From assembly GCA_021613535.1 (NCBI GenBank), contig CP075492.1, positions 558,001 to 622,000 of the forward strand: DNA of 64,000 nt. Reading direction: 5' to 3'. Positions within the stretch are counted from its first letter, which is position 1. The number at the start of each line of letters is the position of its first letter. The notes under the pieces are model-generated. The model was not told where the DNA came from. It saw nothing but the letters and a program-made list of their open reading frames with translations, and made no database searches. The translations under genes and the position numbers were made by a program. Of the stretch, positions 38,220-49,344 are shown piece after piece. The stretch is from Adineta vaga (Eukaryota > Animalia > Rotifera).

Positions 38220-39248
38220 ATGATGTACAAAGTGTTAGTTACGGGTGGTTTGGGTTATATAGGGTCGCATACTACTGTTGAGTTAGTTAATGCAGGGTTT
38301 ACACCTGTGATTGTGGATAATTTGTCGAATTCCCGACTCGAAGTTATTCAACGTATTGAAAAGATAATTGGTTTTAAACCTATCATTCATGTAGTCGATC
38401 TATGTGATATGGCAGCTGTTAAATTTTTATCAGAAAAAGAATGCGATATTCAAGGTATTATTCATTTTGCTGCCTGTAAAGCAGTTGGAGAATCGTCTGA
38501 AAAGCCACTTCTGTACTATAGAAATAACCTAGTTTCTCTGCTAAATATATTAGAAGCATACAAATCGCAGTCGATCAATTTTATTTTCTCTTCCAGTTGT
38601 ACTGTTTATGGTCAACCAGACCAGTTACCCGTTACTGAATCAACACCTATAAAACCTGCTCAATCTCCATATGGCAGAACAAAACAAATGGCTGAGAGAA
38701 TGCTAGACGATGTATCTGCTTCTAATGAGAATATTCGAGTCTTATCACTACGTTACTTTAATCCAGTTGGAGCACATGATTCGGGTCTTATTGGAGAATT
38801 GCCACTTGGTGTACCTCTCAATTTGGTTCCCATTATTACGCAGACCGCAAACAATAAAAGATCAAACTTTACAATTTTCGGTAACGATTACACTACTAAG
38901 GATGGTACGAATGTACGAGATTATGTCCATGTTACCGACATCGCGAAAGCGCATGTCTATGCGCTTAATAAATTATCTAGCTATGAACAATCGTCTAGAT
39001 ATGACGTATATAATCTTAGTACTGGTAGAGGTTATTCAGTTTTGGAGATAATCGAAACTTTCGAAGAAATTTCTGGGGTGAAACTCGATTATAATGTGGG
39101 TCCACGACGTCTAGGTGATGTAGATGAAATTTGGGCTGATGTCCATAAAGCGGAAAACGAGTTAAAATGGAAAGCACAGTTGGACTTGAAAGCGATGTTG
39201 CTATCGGCTTGGCGTTGGGAAAAATCTATTGACGAACAAACTAGGTAG
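38220..39248 (+). CDS. galE: UDP-glucose 4-epimerase, intronless, bacterial-type
   Basis: TGGLGYIGSHT, IHFAACKAVGES, FSSSCTVYG, catalytic YGRTK, LRYFNPVGAH, GELPLGVPLNLVPIITQTA, DGTNVRDYVHV; full length 342 aa. Confidence 0.95.
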   Translation: MMYKVLVTGGLGYIGSHTTVELVNAGFTPVIVDNLSNSRLEVIQRIEKIIGFKPIIHVVDLCDMAAVKFLSEKECDIQGIIHFAACKAVGESSEKPLLYYRNNLVSLLNILEAYKSQSINFIFSSSCTVYGQPDQLPVTESTPIKPAQSPYGRTKQMAERMLDDVSASNENIRVLSLRYFNPVGAHDSGLIGELPLGVPLNLVPIITQTANNKRSNFTIFGNDYTTKDGTNVRDYVHVTDIAKAHVYALNKLSSYEQSSRYDVYNLSTGRGYSVLEIIETFEEISGVKLDYNVGPRRLGDVDEIWADVHKAENELKWKAQLDLKAMLLSAWRWEKSIDEQTR

Positions 39249-39257
39249 ATTGGTGAA

Positions 39258-39301
39258 TTGAGGGTGTGGGTGTGGATACAAGAGACCCACACCCACACCC
39301 T
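39258..39301. repeat. Inverted telomere-like palindrome in the galE-UGM intergenic spacer
   Basis: TTGAGGGTGTGGGTGTGG-ATACAAGAGAC-CCACACCCACACCCT; 15-bp perfect arms. Confidence 0.9.
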
Positions 39302-39409
39302 TTTAAAGTTTGTAGTTTTTCTACGAAACTTTCTTTGGTTTCTGCGCTAAAACCTTTTTTGTTTTCCGCCTACATCGCTTGTGCATTATTATTTTAGATC
39401 AGACAAGCC

Positions 39410-40906
39410 ATGAAAATTATTATTATTGGCTCTGGGCCGTGTGGTTTAGGCGCTGCGTGGCGCGCAGAAGAAGTTATTCGTCAGAGTATGTCTAATTTAT
39501 ATCAGAAATGCACTCAAAGTTTTTGCATAACGTGTCTAGGTTATCAGGGTTTAGAATGGAAAGTAGTTGAGAAGTCCGACAACGCAGGTGGCTTGGCCAA
39601 AACAATCATAGACGATAATGGATTTCTATGGGATATTGGTGCACATGTTATTTTTTCACATTACGCATATTTCACATCGTTACTTGATATAGCTCTTCCG
39701 TTAGAAGAATGGACTGTTAAAAAACGAGAAGCATGGGTGTGGATGCGCGACACATGTATTCCGTATCCACTTCAGCAAAATCTTTATCGTTTACCAACGG
39801 ATGAAATAATACGCTGTATGGATGGGTTACTTGAGGTTGAACAGAAAAGATTGTCCTTTCACAAACCAAAGAACTTTCGTGAGTGGCTTCAACAATCTTT
39901 CGGAAAAGGCTTGTGCGAGACATTCATGTTTCCTTACAATTTTAAAGTCTGGGCTTGTCCTCTGGAAAAAATGAATGTAGAATGGATGGGTGAAAGAGTG
40001 GCTACCGTAGATGTTTCGAAGGTCATCAAAAATGTTATTACAAAGACAGATGACGGAGGTTGGGGTCCGAATAGTACATTTCGCTATCCTAAGCATGGCG
40101 GAACTGGAGCCATTTGGATGGGCCTGTATAAAAAGTTACCGTCTAAGAACTTCGTTTTTTCGAAAAGTGTTACATCTATAGATGTTAAGAAGAAGGAGAT
40201 AATCTATTCTGATGGAGAAAGTGAACATTACGATGCACTTGTATCAACAATGCCGCTGTGTAGTTTATGCCGAGTTGTCAAAGGAACAAATATGTCCCTA
40301 GATGTTCTTCGTCATAAAGCTTCTCAGTTTCGTTATTCTTCGAGTCATATTGTTGGTTTTGGAATGCAAGGGTGTCCTCCTATATTGTTAAGGGACAAGA
40401 CATGGCTTTATTTTCCCGAAGACAACTGTCCATTTTACCGAGTTAGCATATTTTCCAATTTCGCTGAGGATAATGTACCTCGGCCTGGAAAACAATGGTC
40501 ACTGATGTGTGAAATAGCAGAGTCTGTCGATAAACCGATTAATTACAATAATATTATTGAACTTACTGAACAAGGACTAAAAAATACCAAATTAATCGAT
40601 GATAGAACGGAAATTGTGTCGCATTTTCATATACGCTTAGAGTATGGTTATCCGACGCCTTTTTGTGGTCGTGATGCTTTATGCCGAGAAATTTCAGAAG
40701 AACTAGAGGTCTTTGAAATCTATTCACGCGGAAGATTCGGAAGTTGGAAATATGAAATCGCCAATCAAGATCATTCATTAATGCAAGGAGTCGAAGTCAT
40801 TGATCGCATTTTATTCGGCGTAGAAGAAATGACATTTAAGCATTCCAATAGTGTCAATCAAAATAGAGATACGAATGGTAGACAACCACTGCCTTTATCA
40901 TATTAA
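39410..40906 (+). CDS. glf: UDP-galactopyranose mutase, eukaryotic type (UGM/Glf)
   Basis: IIIIGSGPCGLGAA, GGLAKT..D.NGFLWDIGAHVIFSHY, PYNFKVW, WMGERVA, WGPNSTFRYP..GGTGAIW, WLYFPEDNCPFYR, YGYPTP, YSRGRFGSWKYEIANQDHSLMQGVE. Likely in-frame 54-nt GT-AG intron at 39486-39539 (480 aa spliced). Confidence 0.92.
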   Translation: MKIIIIGSGPCGLGAAWRAEEVIRQSMSNLYQKCTQSFCITCLGYQGLEWKVVEKSDNAGGLAKTIIDDNGFLWDIGAHVIFSHYAYFTSLLDIALPLEEWTVKKREAWVWMRDTCIPYPLQQNLYRLPTDEIIRCMDGLLEVEQKRLSFHKPKNFREWLQQSFGKGLCETFMFPYNFKVWACPLEKMNVEWMGERVATVDVSKVIKNVITKTDDGGWGPNSTFRYPKHGGTGAIWMGLYKKLPSKNFVFSKSVTSIDVKKKEIIYSDGESEHYDALVSTMPLCSLCRVVKGTNMSLDVLRHKASQFRYSSSHIVGFGMQGCPPILLRDKTWLYFPEDNCPFYRVSIFSNFAEDNVPRPGKQWSLMCEIAESVDKPINYNNIIELTEQGLKNTKLIDDRTEIVSHFHIRLEYGYPTPFCGRDALCREISEELEVFEIYSRGRFGSWKYEIANQDHSLMQGVEVIDRILFGVEEMTFKHSNSVNQNRDTNGRQPLPLSY

Positions 40907-41792
40907 GAACACGTGGTACTTTATCTCAACTTGAGAGAAGAGAAATACATCGACAAAGACGTGTCTCTTTGATTAGCTGTCTGCCTATAAAACTATTCTC
41001 GATTGACAGGTGGCAAAAAACAGAACACTAGATTGATCTCCAAGGCTTTGTTTGAATAAGGATGTGTGGCTGATTGTGAGGAGAATATCGACGTAAAAAC
41101 TATGCGTAAATGAACAACGAAGGTATAGGTGTAGTAAATGTTATTCGTTTACACTCTTATCCACAAGCAATCAGTTCTCATTTTGAGTCATCCCAGCGAT
41201 TGAATACTTTTTTTTTATCTTCCAAAAGCTGCGATCATTCGATCCTAATGATACAAAGATAGGTCATAACGAAAAGAGAAAAACAAAACAGAAACGATAG
41301 AAAATGTAACATCCAAAGCAATAAAAGTATGCATCATACATAATAAACAGCGTAACAAGGGCAAAAACGTACACACTGTGACGAAAAACTAAATGATGAT
41401 GAAAAATATTCTGTTATTGCTGCAGTGTTTCCTATAATACAGAACATCGTCTTTTATAGATGACATAGCCAAGAACAGAAAAGAAGAAAGCCAAAAGCTA
41501 TTCTTCTCTAAAAATCAAAATATAAAGAACAACTCTTGTAGGCCTTCTTAAACTGTGAAAAGTAACAGTAGAAACCGTTGATGCGACTATGGGTTTCTGA
41601 TTTTACCGATTATTAGAAATAGAAAGGGTTTTCGTTGAAAATTTTTTGGTATCATCGTTCATTCAACTACGACCAAAGGCTGTCTAATTTATGGTTTAAT
41701 CTAAAGCGTTTTGTTAAGGACGATTATGAGCAGTATCATATACAGTTCCATGCAAAGGTTTTGTTCATAGGGTTTCGTTAAATACAATAAAA

Positions 41793-41845
41793 TCTTGAGC
41801 ATGAATGTGGGTGTGAAAGAAGAGGAGATACCAACACCCTCAAGA
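41793..41845. repeat. Inverted telomere-like palindrome copy
   Basis: TCTTGAGCATGAATGTGGGTGTG-spacer-ACCAACACCCTCAAGA. Confidence 0.75.
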
Positions 41846-42058
41846 GAATATTATTTATATATTAAACGAAAAAAAGATATAATCATAGAATATCGTAACT
41901 TTAATCTTTCTAAAAACAAGAATATTGATAAAATAAAGAAAAAAATATAAAAAACAAGAACTTTCTTATTATCTTCGATTTGTGGAAAACATTATCAAAT
42001 AAGTATAAATAACATCCACATCCTCACGAGAAACCACTGAATAGTTTTTGTAATTTGC

Positions 42059-43572
42059 TTACGGTGACAAATAAATATGAAAGGCGATATTGTCACAACT
42101 AGCAATATCAGCTTTTTCTAGTAATTTGTAATTATTAATGGTTCTTAATTTGAACAGAATCTCGACGCGAGTACTCTTTGTCTCAATTTTACCGTTGGAA
42201 ATCAAATCTCTGTAAAGAGTAAAATATGGTGACTGATAAAGCAATGCACTATGATCACAATATTCATCGTGCGTTGAACGAGCTATAAAAGAAAAGAAAT
42301 TTTCAATACTCAATTTAACGATATGTCATGTTTATACTTACAACAAATAGTTATTTTTTCTAAAACTGTTCCATTGGATGTTAAATGACGAAGATTAACA
42401 ATTATATCAATTTGTCCATTCTCTATTCCAGACAATGTAATATTAAAACCATAGAATGCTTGCTTATTTTCAATCCACTTTGAATAATCTCTCAAATCTA
42501 CTTCTTGATACATCGAAGATATATTATAAGATATCACTGGTACAAAATAACATTCGTTATTCAGTTCAATTGTATTTTCGGGATGTATGTTAGTTAAAAT
42601 ACTGCCATTTTGTACAATCCATCCATACGGTAAAGTTGCCGTATTATGTGAACATGTGTATTCTGCATCACCATTGATTAATAAGTTTTTTAATGAAGCA
42701 GTTGTACCATTCGGTAAAATAGCACCTTGAAATGTTAGTACTGTTGATAATTGTTCATCCGATATATTTGATCTATTGAGATTAGCATAAGTAAAAACAG
42801 CTTTACTAACTTTTGCTTTTGTAAAATCAACGTCATTTACGAGAGCGAAACGAAAATCAACATGTGGTAATTGTGTCCAAGAAAAATCAGAACTAGATAA
42901 ATCTGCTTGACTAAAATCAGAGAAATCTAGATTCCGATATCGAAATGATGAATTGATAAGAGAAACACCACGAAGTTGAATTTGAAGTACATTATATACT
43001 GAATATTGACTCTGTCTTAATTTTGGCAAATTCATATCTAAGTTATCTAATTCAGCATCAAATAGATTAATCGATGGATAATCACTTTCTTTTGCAATTA
43101 ACTTTGTTTCATATAGAAATATAATTACTTGCCGTTTTCGTTTACTGTCTAGTTGAAGTAGTGTTGTTAATGTTTTCGCTCGAATGATAGATGAAACGAC
43201 ATGGAATTTATCAAGTGTCATATTTTTGTCTAATAACATCATTGATATATCATGTAGATAGGTAGCTAAGATCCGTTCGTTTTCTGATTGATCAGCCAAA
43301 TATGCATCTTGTTGACGTTCTTGCCATGCAATTTTAAGATCATTTTCACGATTTTTTTCACTTAATTTTGCATGTTGAACCGAAAGTACAGTAGTAGCAA
43401 TACCTAATACTAATGGAACAAGAAGAGTACCAACAATTTTAAGAGTATCTTTAAAATCCATATGCCAAAAATGATTTATTGCTAATGAAATTGTAGACTG
43501 ATTTGAAGATTCATTATTGAAAAGTTCTGTGTTGGTTGATTGATCAGTAGGATTTAATTCCTGATTCTCCAT
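42059..43572 (-). CDS. TM + coiled-coil + pentapeptide-repeat protein, 2 exons
   Basis: Exons 43572-42342 and 42282-42059 (59-nt intron). LKIVGTLLVPLVLGIATTVL; IIRAKTLTTLLQLDSKRKRQVIIFLYE; repeats SDFSQ ADLSS SDFSW...ANLNR; GAILPNGT. Confidence 0.85.
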
Positions 43573-43928
43573 CTACTTTATTTATTTCATTCCATTATAT
43601 ATAATCATCAAAATTATTCAGATAAAATATAAGAATGATATAGAATATCTGTTATATCAAAATTTTAATACATTAGATATATTTAATAATATGTCATTTA
43701 TAGATTTTCACTAACAGTATTTGACTTGTCAAAATGTCCGCTATATCATAGCAAAATAGAAAAAGTTATTGATACCATATGTGCATTTTTCTCAGTCAGC
43801 TTTTATTGATTGATAATTTCAATTATTTTTAATAGAACATATTCTTCTATTATGAAATGTGTATGTAAAAATGAATCTTGTTTGTTAGAAATTAAAAGTA
43901 ACATTATCTTTGATTATAGAATGATGTA

Positions 43929-45476
43929 TTAGTAACTAGGACAGTCACATGAAAATATTTCTTGGCTTGCTCCATTTATTCTAGGTATACAATCAGAACA
44001 AACCATTGCGACAACAGTTGATGGTGGTGGTGGTTCATTCAGATTGGACCATGTTGTTGGCAGTAATGAGCAACCAGATTCAATCCATGGACCAAAACGT
44101 TCGACATCTTTCAATGACAGCATGGGATATTATTTATAAAACATAATAAATATAATATACAACTTACTTTGTCCGTTTACAATATCTCTTACACGTATGG
44201 ATCGAAAGTTTCCAGTTGTTGCATCTCGCTCATATCGAAGTGGTTCAGTGAGTTCAATTGTATTCCATGATGTGATATAAATACCGGTATTACATTTTTC
44301 TTTTGATTGATCAAGTGATAAAGCTGCTGGACATTCTTGTGCATCTTTAAGTTTTATTTGATTACCAATCTCCCAAGATGGAGGAAGGGCCCCACGTGAT
44401 CCATGACCTACGATAGCGTGTGCTGGTCGTTGTGAAAAGCGAGCTGCAAGTTTTTCTTGTTCAACTTGATTTTTAGTAGCCATTCGAGCTGCTACAGATG
44501 AATTTATTCGATGTAAAATTGCAAATTTTAGGTTATTTTTTACCAATGAATTTTGAACAACATCAAACCATGGAATATATTTTTCAATTTTTAATAATGC
44601 TGGATTAGAATTAATCGTTTGTATCCATTGATTTATATTGCTTATATTTGTGTCGCCTCCTATACGATGATCGACTATGATTCTGTGTCTTTTTTCAAAA
44701 TAATTATTATCTAATTTCGTTGTCGAGAATAGGTCATGTTTTAGCTGCAATTTTAATTGTGCATCTGTTAGACCATTTGTAAAATGACTTGATTCCCAGA
44801 TACAATTCTTCAAAAGTACTTGCTGTTCTCGCATACCTCCTAGTTCAGTTTTGACCGCAATATGAGTACCCCATGTGTCCAAAAAATCTACATAACTTTT
44901 GGTATCATATATTGTTGGTAAACTACGAATAGCTTCTTGTGCATACTGATTCAACTGATTTGTGATATTCATAGATTTGATAGTCAACGTATAGATCGGA
45001 TATAAATGCTGAATTATAGCTGGTACTTGATTTTCAACGAAAAAAGTTCTATACATATGTAATATATCTTTAGTATGACCGAATTCTCCACCAAACCAAC
45101 TGCCATTATTTTGTTCCCATATATTTATTGAATCTTGTTCTGTTTTAAATATATGAATATTAGGTTCTACAATTTCAGTACTATTCATTTTGGTGACGAT
45201 AATTTCATTTGGTATCATTGATCTTGTTCTATATGTGAATCGCAAAACAGGTAATTTTATCTTTCCTGAGCTCAAATCAATAGCTATACCGATACCATTT
45301 GATATAGATATTTGTGTATTTTGTTTTGAGAATCGGAATTTATTGGTAGCAAATGGACAAAATACACCATGATAACCAATGAGTGGACAGAACTCTTCAG
45401 AGAGTTTCAATAATAATGACATTTTGACATAGATACATAACAATAAAATTAGTAAAAAGTTGAACATTAAATTCAT
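43929..45476 (-). CDS. Secreted MACPF/perforin-like protein with a Cys-rich C-terminal region, 2 exons
   Basis: Signal peptide; MACPF signature YVDFLDTWGTHIAVKTELGG; RIGGD...WIQTINSNPALL; 60-nt intron 44167-44108 joins the ORFs in frame. Confidence 0.85.
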
Positions 45477-45717
45477 TTTAATTTAACGACAAGGAAAAAT
45501 TTGATGTAAAAGATAGTATATATTTATACATCCATTTATTTTCTTTCCAAGAAATAAATACAAAATTGATAAGCGAGATAAGGCGATTTACTCATATGAT
45601 ATAATTCTTCTATAGTTTCACAATAATAATATTTACTTCAAAGATTTGTCTTCATATTGCGTTTCTTTATAAATGATGAAGCAAATAACATATTAAAGTT
45701 CGTCGAGTATGTTTTAT

Positions 45718-45782
45718 TCTTGAGGATGTGGGTGTGGGTGCGGGTGATACTTTTTTCTTCGCCAACACCCTTACCCTCAAGA
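45718..45782. repeat. Inverted telomere-like palindrome copy upstream of MACPF
   Basis: TCTTGAGGATGTGGGTGTGGGTGCGGGTG-spacer-CGCCAACACCCTTACCCTCAAGA. Confidence 0.85.
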
Positions 45783-46075
45783 TAAAAATCGACGTAACGA
45801 ATTATCCTTGATTATATAGAATTTCTATCACTTTTCATCGCTCATTGCCTGTCAATATTAAAGAGCGAAATCGTGATTCTCGGACTCTCATGCATTCTCT
45901 ATGATATTTTGCAAAATCAATGGAAATCAAAGCATTCTACAATTTCGGATGCCACAGAAGTCAAAGAATCCAGAATCCTGGTATTTTTCCTTTGCATTCC
46001 CTGTATACACGGACGTATCATCGACATCTTGATGATCTTAGCCATTACGTAACGGCCTAAGTGAATTTTCTCCTA

Positions 46076-46098
46076 NNNNNNNNNNNNNNNNNNNNNNN
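46076..46098. other. Assembly gap
   Basis: Run of N. Confidence 1.
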
Positions 46099-46119
46099 AT
46101 TAAAGTATATAATAACATG

Positions 46120-47362
46120 ACTCTACAGTTAGAAAAATGCTTCGTGACGGAATCACTTTTTTCCGTGACGGAATCGCAGGTTTAAAATGTTGAAATTTAG
46201 AGAAATTTTATTTATCCGAAAACATAAATATAGTTCCTCAAAGTTGAGGGTGAGGGTGAGGGTATATGTATAGGTGGGTATAGGTATCCGCATGGGTGTA
46301 TGGCGGAAAGATGGAAAGTGAGTGATAGTTTCAACAAGCATGACTACATACTAATTCTGTCTTCACCTACGATCATACTTACATCCTCGCATATCCGTAC
46401 CATTAGTCCTTCACACCCTCACTATTTCCCACCCACACACCTACCCCCTTCCGAATCGACATCCTCTTCCAACTCATTCTCACAGTAAAAACCACACCTA
46501 CACTCTGATCTATGCGGTACTTGAATCTTCTCCGCGCCCCGTTTATTAATTAGTAGGATGTGATAAGAAAAAAAAGTGTTTTTGCTAATTCAGGTAAACA
46601 AACTGATTACCTGTTGGTGATTCCGTCACACTCGTTCGAAGTAACTTGAATGCCTTTTAAAAAGCAATGCAGTGCATCTGATAGAGCATGAAAAACTAGC
46701 GTTGGGGCATATATACACGAAATCTAAACCTTCCTACTTAAGGCAGAAAAAGAACTACAGAGTATTTTACGTGACGGAATCACATTCAGAAGTGCACTGC
46801 TTTATCAAAGCGAATATTTTTTTCAAGAAATGATGAATTCCAGATTTAACGACATAAATGAAGGGTCCATGTGAGTTGCATGTGCATCATATAATTAACT
46901 TTAGAAACAATAACATCTCTTAGTGAAAAAAAATCAGATCATAATCAAGGCGTATTTCCTAGTTATAAGTGGTCCCTCGAGTGCATCTCATACCACCAAG
47001 TTTTTTTTAAAGAAAGATACACCCATTGAGTTAAAAAATGCGCTTTCCGACGTTATCGATGATGCTCTACAAGATGTATATATTGGTTTTCTCCAATTGC
47101 ATATATCGACTTTCCTCACACTGGTGGACCGTTACGTGGACAGGTCGATCTGCAACCAATTCAACCAATTCTAATCCAAGAATTAGAACTGGTGCATTCC
47201 TAATAAGCGTAACATATGACATAAAAAACTTTACAGAGCAGAGTTTTCTCTACAAAACCTTGTGGACGATTTTTTCTCAAAAACGATGGGAAATGTATGG
47301 AGCAAATTCTAATACAATACTTCATATAATAGTTCTCTTAAAAGTCCTATTTGTACGGTAAG
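46120..47362. mobile_element. Probable non-coding transposon remnant(s) containing (TGAGGG)3 and degenerate G/C-rich arms
   Basis: GTGACGGAATC repeated at ~46145, ~46165 and ~46771 and inverted at ~46620; (TGAGGG)3 at 46245-46262. No matched TIR pair found. Confidence 0.35.
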
Positions 47363-47598
47363 TATCCTGCACAATGTTTCATTAAAATTTAGTGCATATT
47401 TTTCTATCAATTTCGAAAAGTTATCTATAGAGTTTTGAAGAGAGAATTCTCTGAATATTGTTTACATTTTGTCTTAAATTTTTCTATGAAACTATCCATT
47501 GTCTAATAATGATTTATATAATGATATTAAAATATTTATTAAAAAGCAAATTTAAAAAAAAAAATGTTTTAATATAAAAGTCTTGAAAATGTTTATTT

Positions 47599-48857
47599 TT
47601 AACTGGCATTTATACTCTTTTCTTGTTCCACCCAATCATAATGACCTGCTTGAGGTAAACCCCAACTTTGACTTGGATGAAGACCTATAAAATTCTGAGG
47701 AAAACCAAGTTGAAAATCATATGCCTTTTCAATTTCTTCAATTTCTTCTTTAGTTAATCGTACATTTAATGCATTTATACAATCTTGTAAATGTTCTAAT
47801 TTTCTGATACCAACAATAGGATAAATATATGGTTGTTTTGCCATTACATAAGACAAAGCAATTTGTGTAAGTGACACATTCTTCGATTTACCAATTTTAT
47901 TTAAAACAACAGTTACAGCTTGATCATCTTTGCTTGATCCTAAATTAATTGAATGAAGCTTAACTCTAATTTGAAGATAAACATTTTTATTATTACCTTC
48001 CGAAATACCCACAAATGATCGTCCTTTATCACCTTCTTTTTCCATTGCTGCTATTTGTTCTGCTGTTTTAAATTTTCCTCCACCTAAAGCTCCCCATGGC
48101 GCAAAAGCCATTCCTTCATCTCGAATCATTGGAAGAACTTCTCTTTCAACATCTCGTAAAGCTGCATTGTATAATCCTTGATAAATTGAAAACTGTCGAA
48201 AACCATGTTCTCTTGCATATTGATTTGCTTTTACAACAATCCATGCAGGTGCATCACTTATTCCCAAGTAAAGTACTTTCCCTGATGTAACTAAATGATC
48301 AAGAGATTGCATCAGTTCAGCAATTGAACATGTATAATCCCACCTAAAATAGAAGAGAAGATGTATATGAAATTTTCAGTTTTTTTAAAAACGAATTCAT
48401 TAAATTCATACCAATGTACATAGAGAAGATCAATATAATCAGTTTGAAGTTTTTTCAAAGAAGCATTAACACTTTCATGTAAACATTTTGTTGAATTTCC
48501 TGCAAAATTGACATGAATCGGTTCTTTTGTCCAATCTGATCGATATCCAGTTGTAAACTTTGTTGCAATAACCATCTGGCTACGATTTTTTCGTTTTGTC
48601 ATCCATTCTCCTATCCATGTTTCACTCTGCTCATTTTGATAATTGCTCGCAGTATCAATAAAATTTCCACCTGCGTCATAAAATGCATCAAGAATTTTGA
48701 ATGAATTTTCTTTGGAATTTGAACCAATGAATTCATTCCATGCATCACCAATAGACATAGCACCTAAACATAATGGAGACACCCGAACAGCAGCTGTTGG
48801 CGACAGTATACGATATCGACCCAAGATAGTTGGAGGTTGTGGTGCTGTTTGAAACAT
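47599..48857 (-). CDS. Aldo-keto reductase of the fungal aryl-alcohol dehydrogenase / norsolorinic acid reductase (AAD/NorA) type, 3 exons
   Basis: APQPPTILGRYRILSPTAAVRVSPLCLGAMSIGDAW...GGNFIDTASNYQNEQSETWIGEWM...IATKF...IDLLYVHWWDY; D-Y-K-H tetrad present. Introns 48411-48344 and 47996-47940. Confidence 0.9.
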
Positions 48858-48967
48858 AATAAAGATTTGAAACTGTTGAAAAGATCACAAAATACGACAA
48901 AGTTATGAAGGAACTAAAGGAATCAGAACGTGTTTTTATATTCATGTAGAAAACGTGCCTAAAGTTC

Positions 48968-49116
48968 GTTCTTTCTGTTTCTGCGTTCACCTTTCCTCGT
49001 TTATATGGTAAAGACGTAAAAGGTATTATATGATTCATCCGTGTGTTCTTTCTGTTTCTGCGTTCACCTTTCCTCGTTTATATTGTAAAGACGTAAAAGG
49101 TATTATATGATTCATC
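48968..49116. repeat. 72-bp tandem duplication upstream of the AKR start
   Basis: 48968-49039 and 49045-49116, one mismatch. Confidence 0.95.
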
Positions 49117-49344
49117 TAAGTTTCTTAAGAGAATATGTTCTTCCTGTACGTTTCCAGTTTGACCCCTCTCATTGATTACATTGTGGTAGCATACTAAATT
49201 TAATTGAAGAAGACTTTTTAAATCATTATTTGAAAATAATATAAAAGACTAAAGAATAACTCTCTGTTGGTAGACTACTATCTGTATGAAGAAAATCGTT
49301 TTATTTCAACACAAAAGCTAAAAAGTCTTGAATGTTTGAATGAA

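Noticed and set aside
35287-40906. Bacterial contamination as the source of the sugar genes
   Set aside because: UGM is eukaryotic-type with a GT-AG intron, the GT has a secretory anchor, and host-type telomere-like repeats lie between the genes; read-level confirmation is still needed.
41230-41790. Possible decayed retroelement ORF or pLTR between UGM and the pentapeptide gene
   Set aside because: No recoverable motif; also no sign of a nucleotide-sugar transporter here.
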